A stretch of 64,000 bases of DNA from Rhizodiscina lignyota (taxonomy: Eukaryota): the NCBI GenBank assembly GCA_010015805.1, contig ML978122.1, positions 1,212,453-1,276,452 on the forward strand, written 5' to 3'. The notes beneath the pieces were generated by a model, which was not told the origin of the DNA, did no database searches, and worked only from the letters and a program-made list of their open reading frames with translations. Made by a program: the position numbers and the translations under genes. Below, piece by piece: positions 39,643-50,931 of the stretch. Position 1 is the first letter of the stretch. Every line of letters starts with the position of its first letter.

Positions 39643-40765
39643 ATGTCGCGTTACACGGGCCTCCCTAGCCACCGCACCCGTTCGTGGACCCTTAGACCCT
39701 TATCTTCAATGACCTGGACTGGTAGCTAACTGGATTGAAGTGGCCAATACCAACCCATTGAACCCCTATCCATTGTCCCAGAGCGTCCCGCCGAGCACTC
39801 CAATTCCTGGGGCTCTAGTTGACGCCCAGCCTTACCCACCAAACGAAGTTCGGCCTCGACTTTATGATAGAGATGCCCCGGAACCAAAGAATATTCCACT
39901 CCACACGCCTTTCTACGCACATGAGACCTGGTCACAGGTAGCCGTGGCCGGAGAGAGGCCTGACGACAACGGTCGCGAGAACATACAGCATGATCCAAGC
40001 GAACCATACTCCTACATCATAGAAAGGCGCAAGCGAGACAGAAGGCAGAGCCGTACCTCAGGGAAGACGCGACCACTGCTGAATGAGGCATCACGGCCGA
40101 AGAGCGACTTAGGGCCCACGGTCAAACATGTGAGGTTTGCTCTGCCTACTGAGCAAGCCGAAGAGAAGGAACCGAGAGCGAATAGCTCAAAGACTTCGAC
40201 TCGCCCACCCCAACCACGATCACAGACTGCTCCGTCAAGGGTAGATTTGACTACTGAAGAGATAGACCATGCCCAGACGCAGTATCTGAAGAACTGGATC
40301 TATCAACCGGAAGTGTATCCAAACGACCAACCCATATCAGCTTCAAAATCCACAGCATCTACACATCATCTATCATCCTCTCATCCTCCTCCGCCAAAGA
40401 CCGACGCCGTCTACCTTCCACAAGAAACTCCTGTACAGCCAGAATTAATTCCCACTTCAGGACATACTTCATCACGGTCAGCATCAGGGCGTACAAGAGC
40501 ACCAAGTGTGTCGTCAAATCAGTCAGACTACTCCTCAACAACGTCTCGATCGTCGACTCAACGACCCATGTACGGTTATAAATATGTGCCCTCGCCATTG
40601 AGCCCTCTATCACAGGGCCAAGGGGCGTACGGATGGGCCGAACAACCAGATGATGCCGCATGGCGTGCGATGGCGAAGGCAAACGCGATGGGCGAGGCGG
40701 AAGCAATCATGCTACGGCGCAATGCTGAACTAAGGGCCATGGATGGACGCGTCTCTGGGTATTAA
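39643..40765 (+). CDS. Hypothetical Pro/Ser-rich disordered protein, 2 exons
   Basis: MSRYTGLPSHRT exon, intron 39680-39740 (GTTCGT..GCTAAC..AAG), then a 341-aa ORF containing KHVRFA (RVxF-like). Confidence 0.6.
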
Positions 40766-41642
40766 ATTGTTGGGCAATCCAATAGGGCAATTGGGCTGGC
40801 GGTATGGTTGATTAGGAGTCACTTGGGAGGGAGGTGTGCAGTATTCAGTGGTCTTCGCGCGTGATGATTTATTCTGATACGATATATTGTGTTGTACGTT
40901 ACTTGTAGTAATATCTTAACGAACCTTCAATTCTAACGAGTAACGATGTACGTTTTCTCTATCGGCCTACGTCAGTGTTATGGAGACGAGAAAAACTTGT
41001 TTATTTGCAGTAGTCACAAGGAACTCGGTTTGTTTGCTATGCGGGAGCTACCAGTACTTGTGCTCAAATCCAAAAATTATTTAAACAGAAATAAATTACA
41101 CGCGACATGTATAAAGCGTTTAACTAACTAACCTTGCACATGTGCTCTCAGTCACAAAGGCCGCTCCTGTATATGTCAAACATTTCTCAGGCACAACATA
41201 CAAAGTGATCCTCGCAATCGAGTACATGTTCATTATAATCGAGGTCCACTTATGCATTCTGCACAAGTTTACAAATTCTGAAGGCATTGGGCCGTTCGGC
41301 ATTCGGTTCCCATTGCACACTGCATGCCCAAGTTGAAGTTGTTCAGGGTTGTTCCCGGAAAAGCAAAAATGATATTCATAGATCTACTCCCGTAGGGCGG
41401 GAATTCAGCCTCCTTTTGGGCATCTACGAACGAGCAAGCCCAAACGCTCTGAGCACCCTTGGACACCGCCTCGCAGAATGACTCCTCGAAGCTGTCGGTG
41501 GGGAAACAATCATGATATTAACTTTGGCGATAAAGGACGTGCGGCTGACCGTCGGGTACGAAGCCTGCCGGCAATTGATAATTCAAGGGAGCCAAGAATG
41601 CTCAACATGAAGTGTCATTAATGGGAGAAAAGCACGGATTTA

Positions 41643-42071
41643 TCAATTCCAGCCGATGATACCCTCCGCCATAACTCCGTCCATCCAGCTGTCTCGGTGG
41701 ACGGTGACCCTCCTCCCAATCACTCCATCCCCCCCAACGCTCAGCTGAAGGGGCTGCCGGAGTTCCATGTTCGCACTGTCGCAGGATGGAGATTGATACG
41801 GCGGAAGCTGGAATTGATGGAGTGGCCGTCGTGCTGAAGCAGAGTTCAGGTTACCGTCCTCGTGGATGACGACGTAGCATCCTGGGAAAGGCCCACAGTC
41901 ACCCGCTTCTCTTCGCCGGAACATGGCACGGGTCTGTGCTGGAGAGTTGTAGCATTGCTGGAAAACAAGATCACCGAGGAATGTTCTGTCTCCTTGATTC
42001 TGTGGCACGTTCGGATGGAGGACCGCAATGGCGCCGCCTTGAGAGATCCGTGAGGAAGTGCCATTACACAT
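41643..42071 (-). CDS. Small Cu/Zn-SOD-fold (CCS domain II-like) protein lacking most metal ligands
   Basis: AIAVL..GDLVFQQ..VIHEDGNL..GVIGRRVTVH..AEGIIGW parallels SOD1 AVAVL..G.V.F.Q..HIHEFGD..IIGR..VVH..ACGVIG. Confidence 0.65.
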   Translation of the reverse strand: MCNGTSSRISQGGAIAVLHPNVPQNQGDRTFLGDLVFQQCYNSPAQTRAMFRRREAGDCGPFPGCYVVIHEDGNLNSASARRPLHQFQLPPYQSPSCDSANMELRQPLQLSVGGDGVIGRRVTVHRDSWMDGVMAEGIIGWN

Positions 42072-43055
42072 GATGGATTCGAATTAGGTATGATTATCGG
42101 CTCTGCGTGAAGTAGTGGAGCTGATTCTTGCATTTGCAGATAGTGGAGTATTCTCTCTTTCGTATTTTGAGAAAATGATACTCGACTTAGGACACTTCGT
42201 AGGAGATGAAGTTAGAGATGGGTAAACATGGAGAAATGACACAAAGAAGATGGGATTGCAGTTCATATAATAAGACTGGTAAGTTGTATCCAAGTTGCGA
42301 CCAGCTGCGCCTTTGCACTGTACGCGTGAGCGAGCAAGTTGTTGTAGTGAGCATATTATGAGCAGATTTGGCGAAGTTGCGCTGCGAGTCCGAGAGGTGC
42401 TATTTCTTTAATCTCATCTCTCGACGTCGCTCAAGCTGAGAATTTGCTCAATCTAGAAGATGCAAACTATTCTAGATCCATATCGTGGTCGTCAAGGAGG
42501 TCTTAGTCAAATACAAAGGAGCTAGTTTCCCGCGAGCGAACGGTCTATAAAGCCACTCGATCACAATCGCCTTCAGCACTTCCAAGAAGTTTGCGTAATT
42601 GGTGAGTATGCGTTCGAGACCGTCAGGGAGTAGCTTGCTAGGCCTGACTTATAAGATTTGCTTCTCATTAATGCGGAAAATAGACGCCGTTGCAGGTCTC
42701 ACGAGAAACTAACTTCTCCATAATGAAATCGATTCGGGTCGAGAAATGATGTGAGATGAATACAGCAAACGGAAGAAACTACGAGCAAGAAGGGTCTTGA
42801 TGAGCACAAGATCTCAAATTGCGAGCGGAATAGACGTAGCGAAAGGATGGTTGCAATGATGAATGAAAGGAAGGCTTGACGGTGAGGAAGACAAGGCCGG
42901 AAGCGAAGTGGTGAGCTGCCGACCTCGGCATTTCGACATCCATATCCGGACTTCCTAACATCTTCCCCTCGAGTGGACTCCCAAAACCGCAGAAAATGTA
43001 GAGTCCATTTGTCTCTCTGGCAGAGGAGCCAGAGAATTGTCACAATCTCTTCACA

Positions 43056-44253
43056 ATGGCTCTTCCAGATGAGATAGAAGCCATTCTCATTGACAATTTC
43101 GTCCCTGTATGTCTCTCACCCTCCAATCGTAAACGCATTGAAATAACGTGCGCATTTAATAGAAAACCTCAGACCTTCGCGTATCATCCATACCTCTGCC
43201 ATTGCCGCCGGAAAAGCGAGACACAACTCTGTTAATCCGAACGACACATGTCTCAGCCTCCCACGTTGACATGCTCTATTTCCAGGGCAAGCACCAAAAC
43301 AATCGACGTCATGCTCGGCCACCATTCGTCCTAGGAACCGAATTCTCGGGCATCATAGCCTATGCACCTGCTTCCTCTCCGTTCAAGCCTGGCGACCCCG
43401 TCTTCGGTACTGCGCGCGGCGCATTTGCTGACTATGTCGCGGTGGAAGCTGGGACCGAGGGCGCTGTGAGACGAGTTCCTGAAGCGTGGGGACTGAGAGG
43501 GGCCGCTGCAGTGGGCATCAGTGGACCTGTGAGCTATGGGGCGTTGGTATATGCGGGCAGGATGAAGAAGGGAGAGACGGTGTTGGTGCTCGGTGCGGGT
43601 GGGGGATTGGGAGTCATTGCTGTCCAGATCGCGAAACAGTTTGGGGCAAGAGTGATTGCGGTAGTGAATACAGGCGCTGGGAGCGAAGGAAAGGTGGAGA
43701 TGCTGAAGAAGTTGGGAGCTGATGCTGTCATCGGCTATCAGAAGGAAGGATGGGAGGAGGAGGTGAGAAAAGCAACCCCAGATGGCCAGGGCGTCCATTT
43801 GGTGTATGACGGTGTAGGCGCTGTGTTGAGTAGCATCAAATGCTGTCGATTTGGCGGCAGAGTTGTCATTGTAGGGTTCGCGGGTAGAGGAGGAAAGATG
43901 GAAGATCTGAAAGTAAATCGAGTATTACTTAAGCAGATCAGCCTTGTTGGATATGTAAGTATTCCGTTGACATTAGACTGGTATGGGGCGACAAGTAATT
44001 GTACTGATCATCGTGTTAGCGGTTTGGCGAGTCGTCACGTCAATTCCCAGACCACGCGAAGGCAGTTTGGGATGAGTTCATGCAGATGGTTTCAGAAGGG
44101 AAGATCAAGCCGGTCGAATACGCGGAGTCCTACAATGGGCTTCGAGACATCCCTCGCGCACTAGAAGACATGCATCAACGAAAAGTTTGGGGTCGAGCGG
44201 TCGTCAAGATATCAGAAGAGCAAGGCGTAGAGGCAAGCAGACCTAGATTATAG
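43056..44253 (+). CDS. MDR-superfamily NADPH:quinone oxidoreductase (zeta-crystallin-like), 3 exons
   Basis: PPFVLGTEFSG, GETVLVLGAGGGLG..AVQIAK, GRVVIVGFAG, KVWGRAVV; ends -PRL. Confidence 0.9.
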
Positions 44254-44321
44254 ACAAGTCTATCATGGCGATTCCAGTTCGAGATGTCTGCTGCTCTTTC
44301 GGGGAGCTCGGAGCGAATATG

Positions 44322-45894
44322 TTACCAACCCGTCTTCTTCCACAGCTCCATGATTGCGTTCGCGACATCTGTTCCGTTCGAAATGGGCACCTCATGACCA
44401 GCCTTCACCACCAGCACTTCCAGATTTCGCTCGCCTAAACATTCCTGCATATCTGGTATAATTTCCTTCTCCATGATGATCGGATCATTACTTCCCAGGA
44501 GGAGCAAAGCCTTCTTTTTCCTCTCCGAATTCGCGTTATGCTCGTCGAACGCTTTTGCCAGGATCCGGAATCTCTCGTGTTGACCATGGATTGGCGCGTT
44601 CCTGATGCAGCTAATGAACGTCGCGATAAAGCCCTGGCAATTATCCAGCTGCCAGTTTGTGATACCAGCCTCCGTGCTTCCAGGATACTTGCTCCCCAGA
44701 ATCGGATTCGCGTTCGATGCAAAGACACTTCCACCCCCTTGTCCGCCGTCTGCTTCGCTCTCGTCACTACCATCACTTTCCACCATTCCATCTCGCTCTC
44801 TCCAGCGCTCTTTCTTCACCTTCTTCTTCGAATCCGCCTTGGACTTTGCTGGGATCTTGGACACAATCGTCTGCCCTTTCCCCAGTCGTCGTCCAACCGC
44901 CCACCGGATCCAACCCTCGGGCAGCCAGCCTTCCGTTCCATACAAAATCCTACTCTTCCAGCTGATACGGTCCTGCCGTACAAGGCCTCCGGAAGCGAGC
45001 AATATCACGTGCGAAACCATGGAAGGAAAGTACGACGAGAATGTCGATGCAAGCCCGCCGCCGAGGGAATAGCCCACGATGGTGAATGTATTATCGCGTC
45101 CAGTCCAAGATACAGGAGATGATGTCAAGGCGAGGAGTATTTGAGATGTGTAGAGCTGGAGATTGTGAAGTGGTTGAGTTGGTGTGTCGGAGTAGCCGCG
45201 GCCAAAGAGGTCTGCGATTGTGTGAGCGCACATGTCCCAACTCCGAACGTGACCAAATCAATGAATTGACGCCGGTTCAATATCCAACGGAGTCTGCTCA
45301 AACTAGCACGGCCGTTTGCTCTTTACATCTTATAGCAACAGCCTGAGTGTTTGCACCCGCTCCGCGAGAGCAGTCAAATTCATATTGTCCAAAACACAAC
45401 ACTCCCCATTCCCTTAGCCAACACAAGACTAAAGCTCTTTAATATGATATATTGCACCCAGATACGAGATTCGAATTGCATAATTGATAGAAGCTTGAAA
45501 TCTAACACGAATGAGCACAACACTTACCAAACAGCATCACTCTACACCCTGCCTTCTCCACCAGCGTGTCTGCCACCGACTTCATACTAACACACGGTGT
45601 GCTGATTCCATGAATCAAGAGCACCCTCCTCCCATCCTCGGGCCCCCATTCGTAAATCCTTATCGTGCCGTACGGCGTTTCCACATCTCTTGCTCCTGGC
45701 AATACATTTGGAGGATACGGCAGCTGCTCAATCTCTTCTTCGGATAACTTTGGGATCAGAGTTCTAAGCGGTGACTCAATTATCGGAGCATCATGAGGTT
45801 CGGTCAACTGAAATAGTGCCTTAATGAGAAAGTAAGAGGAGAGTGCGCCGGCTGCGCCGATTAGATATGGAGACGCCGTTTTCAGATGCGCCAT
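44322..45894 (-). CDS. Alpha/beta hydrolase with N-terminal membrane anchor; one 316-nt intron (45212-45527)
   Basis: YEWGPEDG..LIHGISTP..RVMLF|DLFGRGYSD, nucleophile elbow GYSLGG, AGHEVP. Confidence 0.9.
45212..45527 (-). ncRNA. Candidate structured intronic RNA (possibly H/ACA snoRNA-like)
   Basis: Intron several times longer than most others in the window; multiple complementary segments with G-U pairs on the sense strand; ANANNA and ACA candidates. Confidence 0.4.
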
Positions 45895-46673
45895 TGTGGT
45901 CCCCCTTTATGAGCCCAATGGACGCCAATGGAACCCGTCTCTATGAAATCGCGAAAGGAGATGTTTTGAGGTGAATCGGAAGTGACTGGATCTCTATCTT
46001 AAAGCAAATAGCAGAATATGTAGATGTACTCCGGACGTCCATACCTGATTTTCTCATCAAGTCCGGGCCATCGCCGTTGCCGAGTTCGGACGGCAGAGCT
46101 ATCCGCTGCAAAGGAGGAAACCCACACCACATACATAACCGCTACTAGCCGCAAGCCGATATCCGTAGTGGAGCAGACTCATGGTGACAGGATAGTTGGC
46201 TCTTATGGATGTAGAAAGGCTAAAGAATAAACGAGTTTTGCTCTTCAACTTGGGCGAGAGCATCACTGAAAGCTCAGTGTGATATACCTTAGCGAGTGTT
46301 TGTTAAGATTGCACGGCTTTAACGAACGAAATTTATCTTTGCTGGACTGATTATGCACAATAATATATCGATACATTGTAGTCTGGAATAGCTTTTCTTG
46401 TCACTCTCTATAGCTTTCTGTACTGTGAAGCTGGAGGTCTAAGTAGATCATAATTTTTTTTAACATTGACATTGAATTGTAGGATATCAAATACAAATAA
46501 AGATGCAGACGCCAGAAGTGTAATAAGCCGTTATTTCGGCCATTCCTCTGAACGCCATGAAAATGCCCAGCGCTCAAAACTCCATGACTCGTGGTGTCGT
46601 GAGAGCTCCTTGGAGAAAACTCAATGGTATAAAGCAGCCGCGTACAACTCCTCTCTTATGCTCCATTCAGCAC

Positions 46674-47721
46674 TTAGACATTTCGGTACGGCTCGAAACC
46701 CTGAGACTGATGCCTCGCGTGTGACTGGGCACCGGTCATGGTGTGCATTGGCATAGCTTGGCCGTGGCCAGGCTGGCCATACGCTGGCTGCTGACCGAAC
46801 ACAGGCTCGCCAACCGGCTTGTACTCGTGGGTATACGGCGTCCTTTCGACGAGCGTTCCGGATCTCCTAATCCCACCGTCCCGCTTTGCGCCACTCTGTC
46901 CACTGCAGCAGCATGTACTGAGCGTCCAGAAGACACCAGAGACCAGAGAGAAAGCGACCGCCAGCCACACCACCGCCAGCATCTTAGTGCCGAAAGACGT
47001 CTTGATTCCATACGCCTTGAACGAGGCCTCGAAAGCGCCAACCACAATCGAGGTGATAACCGTCGACGTGATGGCTGCCAGGATGGTGAAGAGCGTTGAC
47101 GCGGCCGACACGATGGTGGTGACGCAGCTGCCCCAGCGGGAGAAGATGGCGAAGAAGCCGACGACGATTTCGCCCGCAGTGACGGCCAGCGCGATGACGT
47201 AGATTACGAACATCCAGTGCGCTCCCTTCTGGTATGCCTTCAGGCCATCCTTGAGCGTCTTGGGGAAGGCCTCCTCAGCGGAAGTGTTCTGGAGGTTCCA
47301 CACTTCCGTCAGGTTGAAGAAGTATGAGGACTGCGGCTTCGAGCAGAATGTGACCTTGTCATCGCCGGAGTCGTTCTTGCCGGAGCAGTAGTCCCAGAGG
47401 CCGACCTGGTAGAAGTCGGAGAGGTTGTTTGCCGACGCGGTCCCGTCGATGGCGGTGATGAGGCCAGAGATGTTGTGGCCGCCTATCTTGACGTTCGGGT
47501 TCGAGGTGAAGTTTGATGTATCGGCCTGTGTCGTGTATCGTTAGAATATTATCCAATAGAGAAGGTAAGAGACTGCGACTCACCCTCCAGAAGTAGAACT
47601 CGCTGGTCGTTCCGTTCTTCGCGTCCCTGCTGCCCAAGAAAACGAAGACGAGGCAGACCAATGACGCGATGGTCAGTATCATCGGCAAGGCGATGCAAAG
47701 AACGCGACCTCCTTTACCCAT
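46674..47721 (-). CDS. SUR7/PalI-family tetraspan membrane protein, 2 exons
   Basis: N-terminal TM segment, DFYQVGLWDYCSG..VTFCSKP..FNLTEVW, three C-terminal TM segments. Confidence 0.9.
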
Positions 47722-49490
47722 TGTTGCGGTGTTGTGTTTATTGAAGTTCTAGGTGTGTGTAGGGTGGAGGATGGAAGAGTAAGGGAAGGTTTGGCGTCGA
47801 AAGGGATCAAGAGCTGAAGCGAAAGTGTCTGTGTTGAAATTGGAAGATACTAAAAGCGGATGACGAGCTCCCCCGGTCGAAGATTTCTCCTGTCGATCGT
47901 GAAGCGGATTGGGGTTAACGATTGAAGATGTACGCGAAGGTGATGTACCACAAAGTCACGACGAAGTGTGCGATGTATATAGGAGCGGTACAGGTGACGG
48001 TAGCTTCATATATCCGCAGCAGAGCCCCATGGATTCTGCGAAAGGCTCTTCAGCGAGGCGCAATAGCACTAGAGATTTGCGTGGCTCTCGCGCATATGCC
48101 ACTCCCGCTGGGGTTGCTGCGCCCCGCTGCTGGGGCTGACGAGCATCCCGTTCGTCGACCAACGAGACGATCTCTCACTACCCAAACACGCGGTCCGCAG
48201 CTGGAGGTATCTGTAAGATTATCTAGCACCCTCCGAGGAATAAGGTCGAAAACGTGCACATCCTCTGGCCGCATTGAGCGCCCCCGGGTTCGCAACGGTA
48301 CATAGATAGAAATTTTGTGAAAGCGACGCTGCAAGCCTTCTGCTCCCAGTGCATCGCTCTCATCTCGTTTCCTGTCGGACAGGCCAAGGCGTGAACCGGC
48401 ACGGCGCTCCGATTTGATGTTGCTAAGAATAGGGGTGTGGCTTGCCACGATGCCCAGAAAAGCATGCGTGGCTCCGAAACGCTCGCCCACTCCGCATGTC
48501 TCTGCCGAGCCTTGTGCGTGCGTCATGGCGTCGACGCTCTCATAGGGCACTTCGAGAGCAATACTGCGACGCTATTCTCGCAAGGTTGCGAGGCTACAGA
48601 GGCCTTCATCTCAATCTTCAGATACGGCCATGCGCCATCCTGCGCCATAAGGCCCTTAAGGGGTTGAAATTGGAATACGGTCTCGAGTCAAGCGAGTGTT
48701 ATCACTAGTTCAGCTCGTTAAAGGATATGTAATTGATTACTCACCCGAGCATTAAATCAAAGCGAAATTGGGAAGTGATAATGGATATATTTAATTCAAA
48801 TCGTAGTTTTCATTTTCTTCTTCTCTGCTCTAGAGCCTTTGACACCTTATTTGACCGTCCATGTCCATGAAACGATCAGAATCCTTATGCAATGCAAATG
48901 CCACTTCCCATCCGTTCGAACCAAAGCAACCCACACATCAAACACATGGAATCGTCTTTCGCATAACCAAAAACTCCATATACGAAACGCCCTGCTGGAA
49001 AAAAGCTGCCGTGAGCCGCTCAAAGGCGTGCCCAATTGCAAATACCAAAAGTAGACCCTTTAAGCCTATTGTGAAGGCACATGTCCCAGGGAAGCGCAAG
49101 CGATGCCACAAAAACAGATAAATCGTACAACGCCAAAGACAAAGGAAACGCGTTCTTTTGCGCAGTCGCGGTATGCCTAGAATACTGCCGCGACGCGGTG
49201 GTATCATATCCCAAAGCTTTACCGAAAAGGAAAATCGTGTAAGGATCGTCTGATACCGTCGAAGGAATGAAATCATTTGTAGTGAATCGATCCTTCGAAG
49301 TGCCGTGGAGCCCCGCTATGGGTTACCCCGAAGGTGCCGGAACGCCTGTGCACCGGTCGATTGAATTTGAACAGGTGTCATCGACGTGCCATGCATTAAG
49401 ATGATCAGTTGGCTGAAGACGTTGATGCCGAAGTCAGGAACAGCCAATTGTCGAATGAGGATATTAAGCAGTACAATGTGAGACACTGCT

Positions 49491-50931
49491 TCATCTCTGC
49501 TCCTGGTCGCGGGTGCTTTGATGTCGAGGGCCTCCAGTTCGTGTGCGTTGGCGTTCAGCTTCCGCTATAGAACGAGTCAGACACTGGTTCACCACGATAC
49601 AGTTGGAATTGAAACATACCACTCTGCCTAGCCTCAGCAGCCTTCTGTGCATCGGCATCGCCTCTTCGACCGCCATTGTAGACTTCGCCCGGAACGATCT
49701 TGCAAATTTCGGCAGCGATGCTGTTGATGACAATCTGTCGGAGCTCTCGGTTCTCGCGCATGTCTTCACCCTCCAACCGGAACTTGTCCTGCTTGGACAT
49801 GTTTTGTCTTCTCAGAGCACGGATCTCGTCCATAATATGCAATAGCACCGATTCCGGTGCACGGATCCTCTCGACCGAGTATTTGGCGTTGTTGCGGACA
49901 TAGCGGCGTGTGACGTCCATGGCACCATCGGCGGAGAAGGCAATGCAATATGCCAACTTTTTGTTCCAACCTTTAACGATCAGCATCTGCTCGATAGGAT
50001 CATCAGGACACGGGAATGACAAACCTTGTGTGTACAAAGTCGGCTTGTCCCAAGCTTCTTCGCAGGGATCCACATGGATCCACTTCTTCCTGTGCATACT
50101 ATACACCTCAATCCAGACATGGTCTTCCGAATTCCAGACCCATCTAACTCTGGAACCCATGGCGCGGCAGAGCATACCGAAGCAGTTGGCCCACTCTCCT
50201 ACTCTTCCTCTTCTCGTCTGCAGCAACACGAAAGCGTCATTATATCGTGGGAATCGCTCGTACGCCTGGCACTCCTCGAAACTGCACTTGTAGAGTTCGA
50301 CCTGGTTTGCTCCTCGAGCTTGCTCATCCGGAAGCGGTGCTGCCATACCCACTCCTATCGTGGGCATGCCGCATTTGCTGCATGCAGGATTGTTGACCCA
50401 CGTGAAGAAGCTTCTCTTGAACCATCGTAGTAGAGCACGGACAACGCAGTCTTGGTATCCCCATGCGGGCTTCTTTCCGTTGCCGAGAGACTCTGCCTCC
50501 GCCATGAGAATCTGTGACTCCTCTTCTGCTTCGCTGTATATCTGCTCCAATGGAACCACCCGCAACGCTTCGTCGAGCAAACCCGGGTTCTCCCACTTGC
50601 ATGGCATGTTCGACAGCGAATGCAGCATGTTCTTGAAGCGTAGTGAGCGCGCATCTTGCGGTGGTGTAGGTACGAGCGGAATATTTCGAAGGGATGAATA
50701 TGACGGTGGGGTGGCAGTGGACAAATGTTGTGGGATTGGTGAAGAATAGTCGATAGGCGCCGGTGAGGAGTGGTATCGCGATAGGTTGCTCAGGTCGTTC
50801 ATGCGCTTCGTGCTCAAGCTCCTCCGGAACTTGTTTGTGAGGTCCTGGGCCCAGTTTCCATCAAGTTGCGCTCCAGGTGCTGGTCGCGGAGGCGGTACAG
50901 GCCGCCGAGGAATTTGTCGTGAGCCGTCCAT
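49491..50931 (-). CDS. PNG1: Peptide:N-glycanase homolog with catalytic Cys replaced by Val
   Basis: LLRWFKRSFFTWVNNPAC..C, ERFPRYND, TRRGRVGEWANCF, WNSEDHVWIEVY, WIHVDPCE, GWNKKLAYCIAFS..DVTRRY. Confidence 0.93.

Noticed and set aside
45212..45527. TPP riboswitch, HDV ribozyme or stwintron
   Set aside because: The CUGAGA and AUACC/GAUAA TPP motifs are absent, HDV topology does not fit, and there is no nested intron of plausible length
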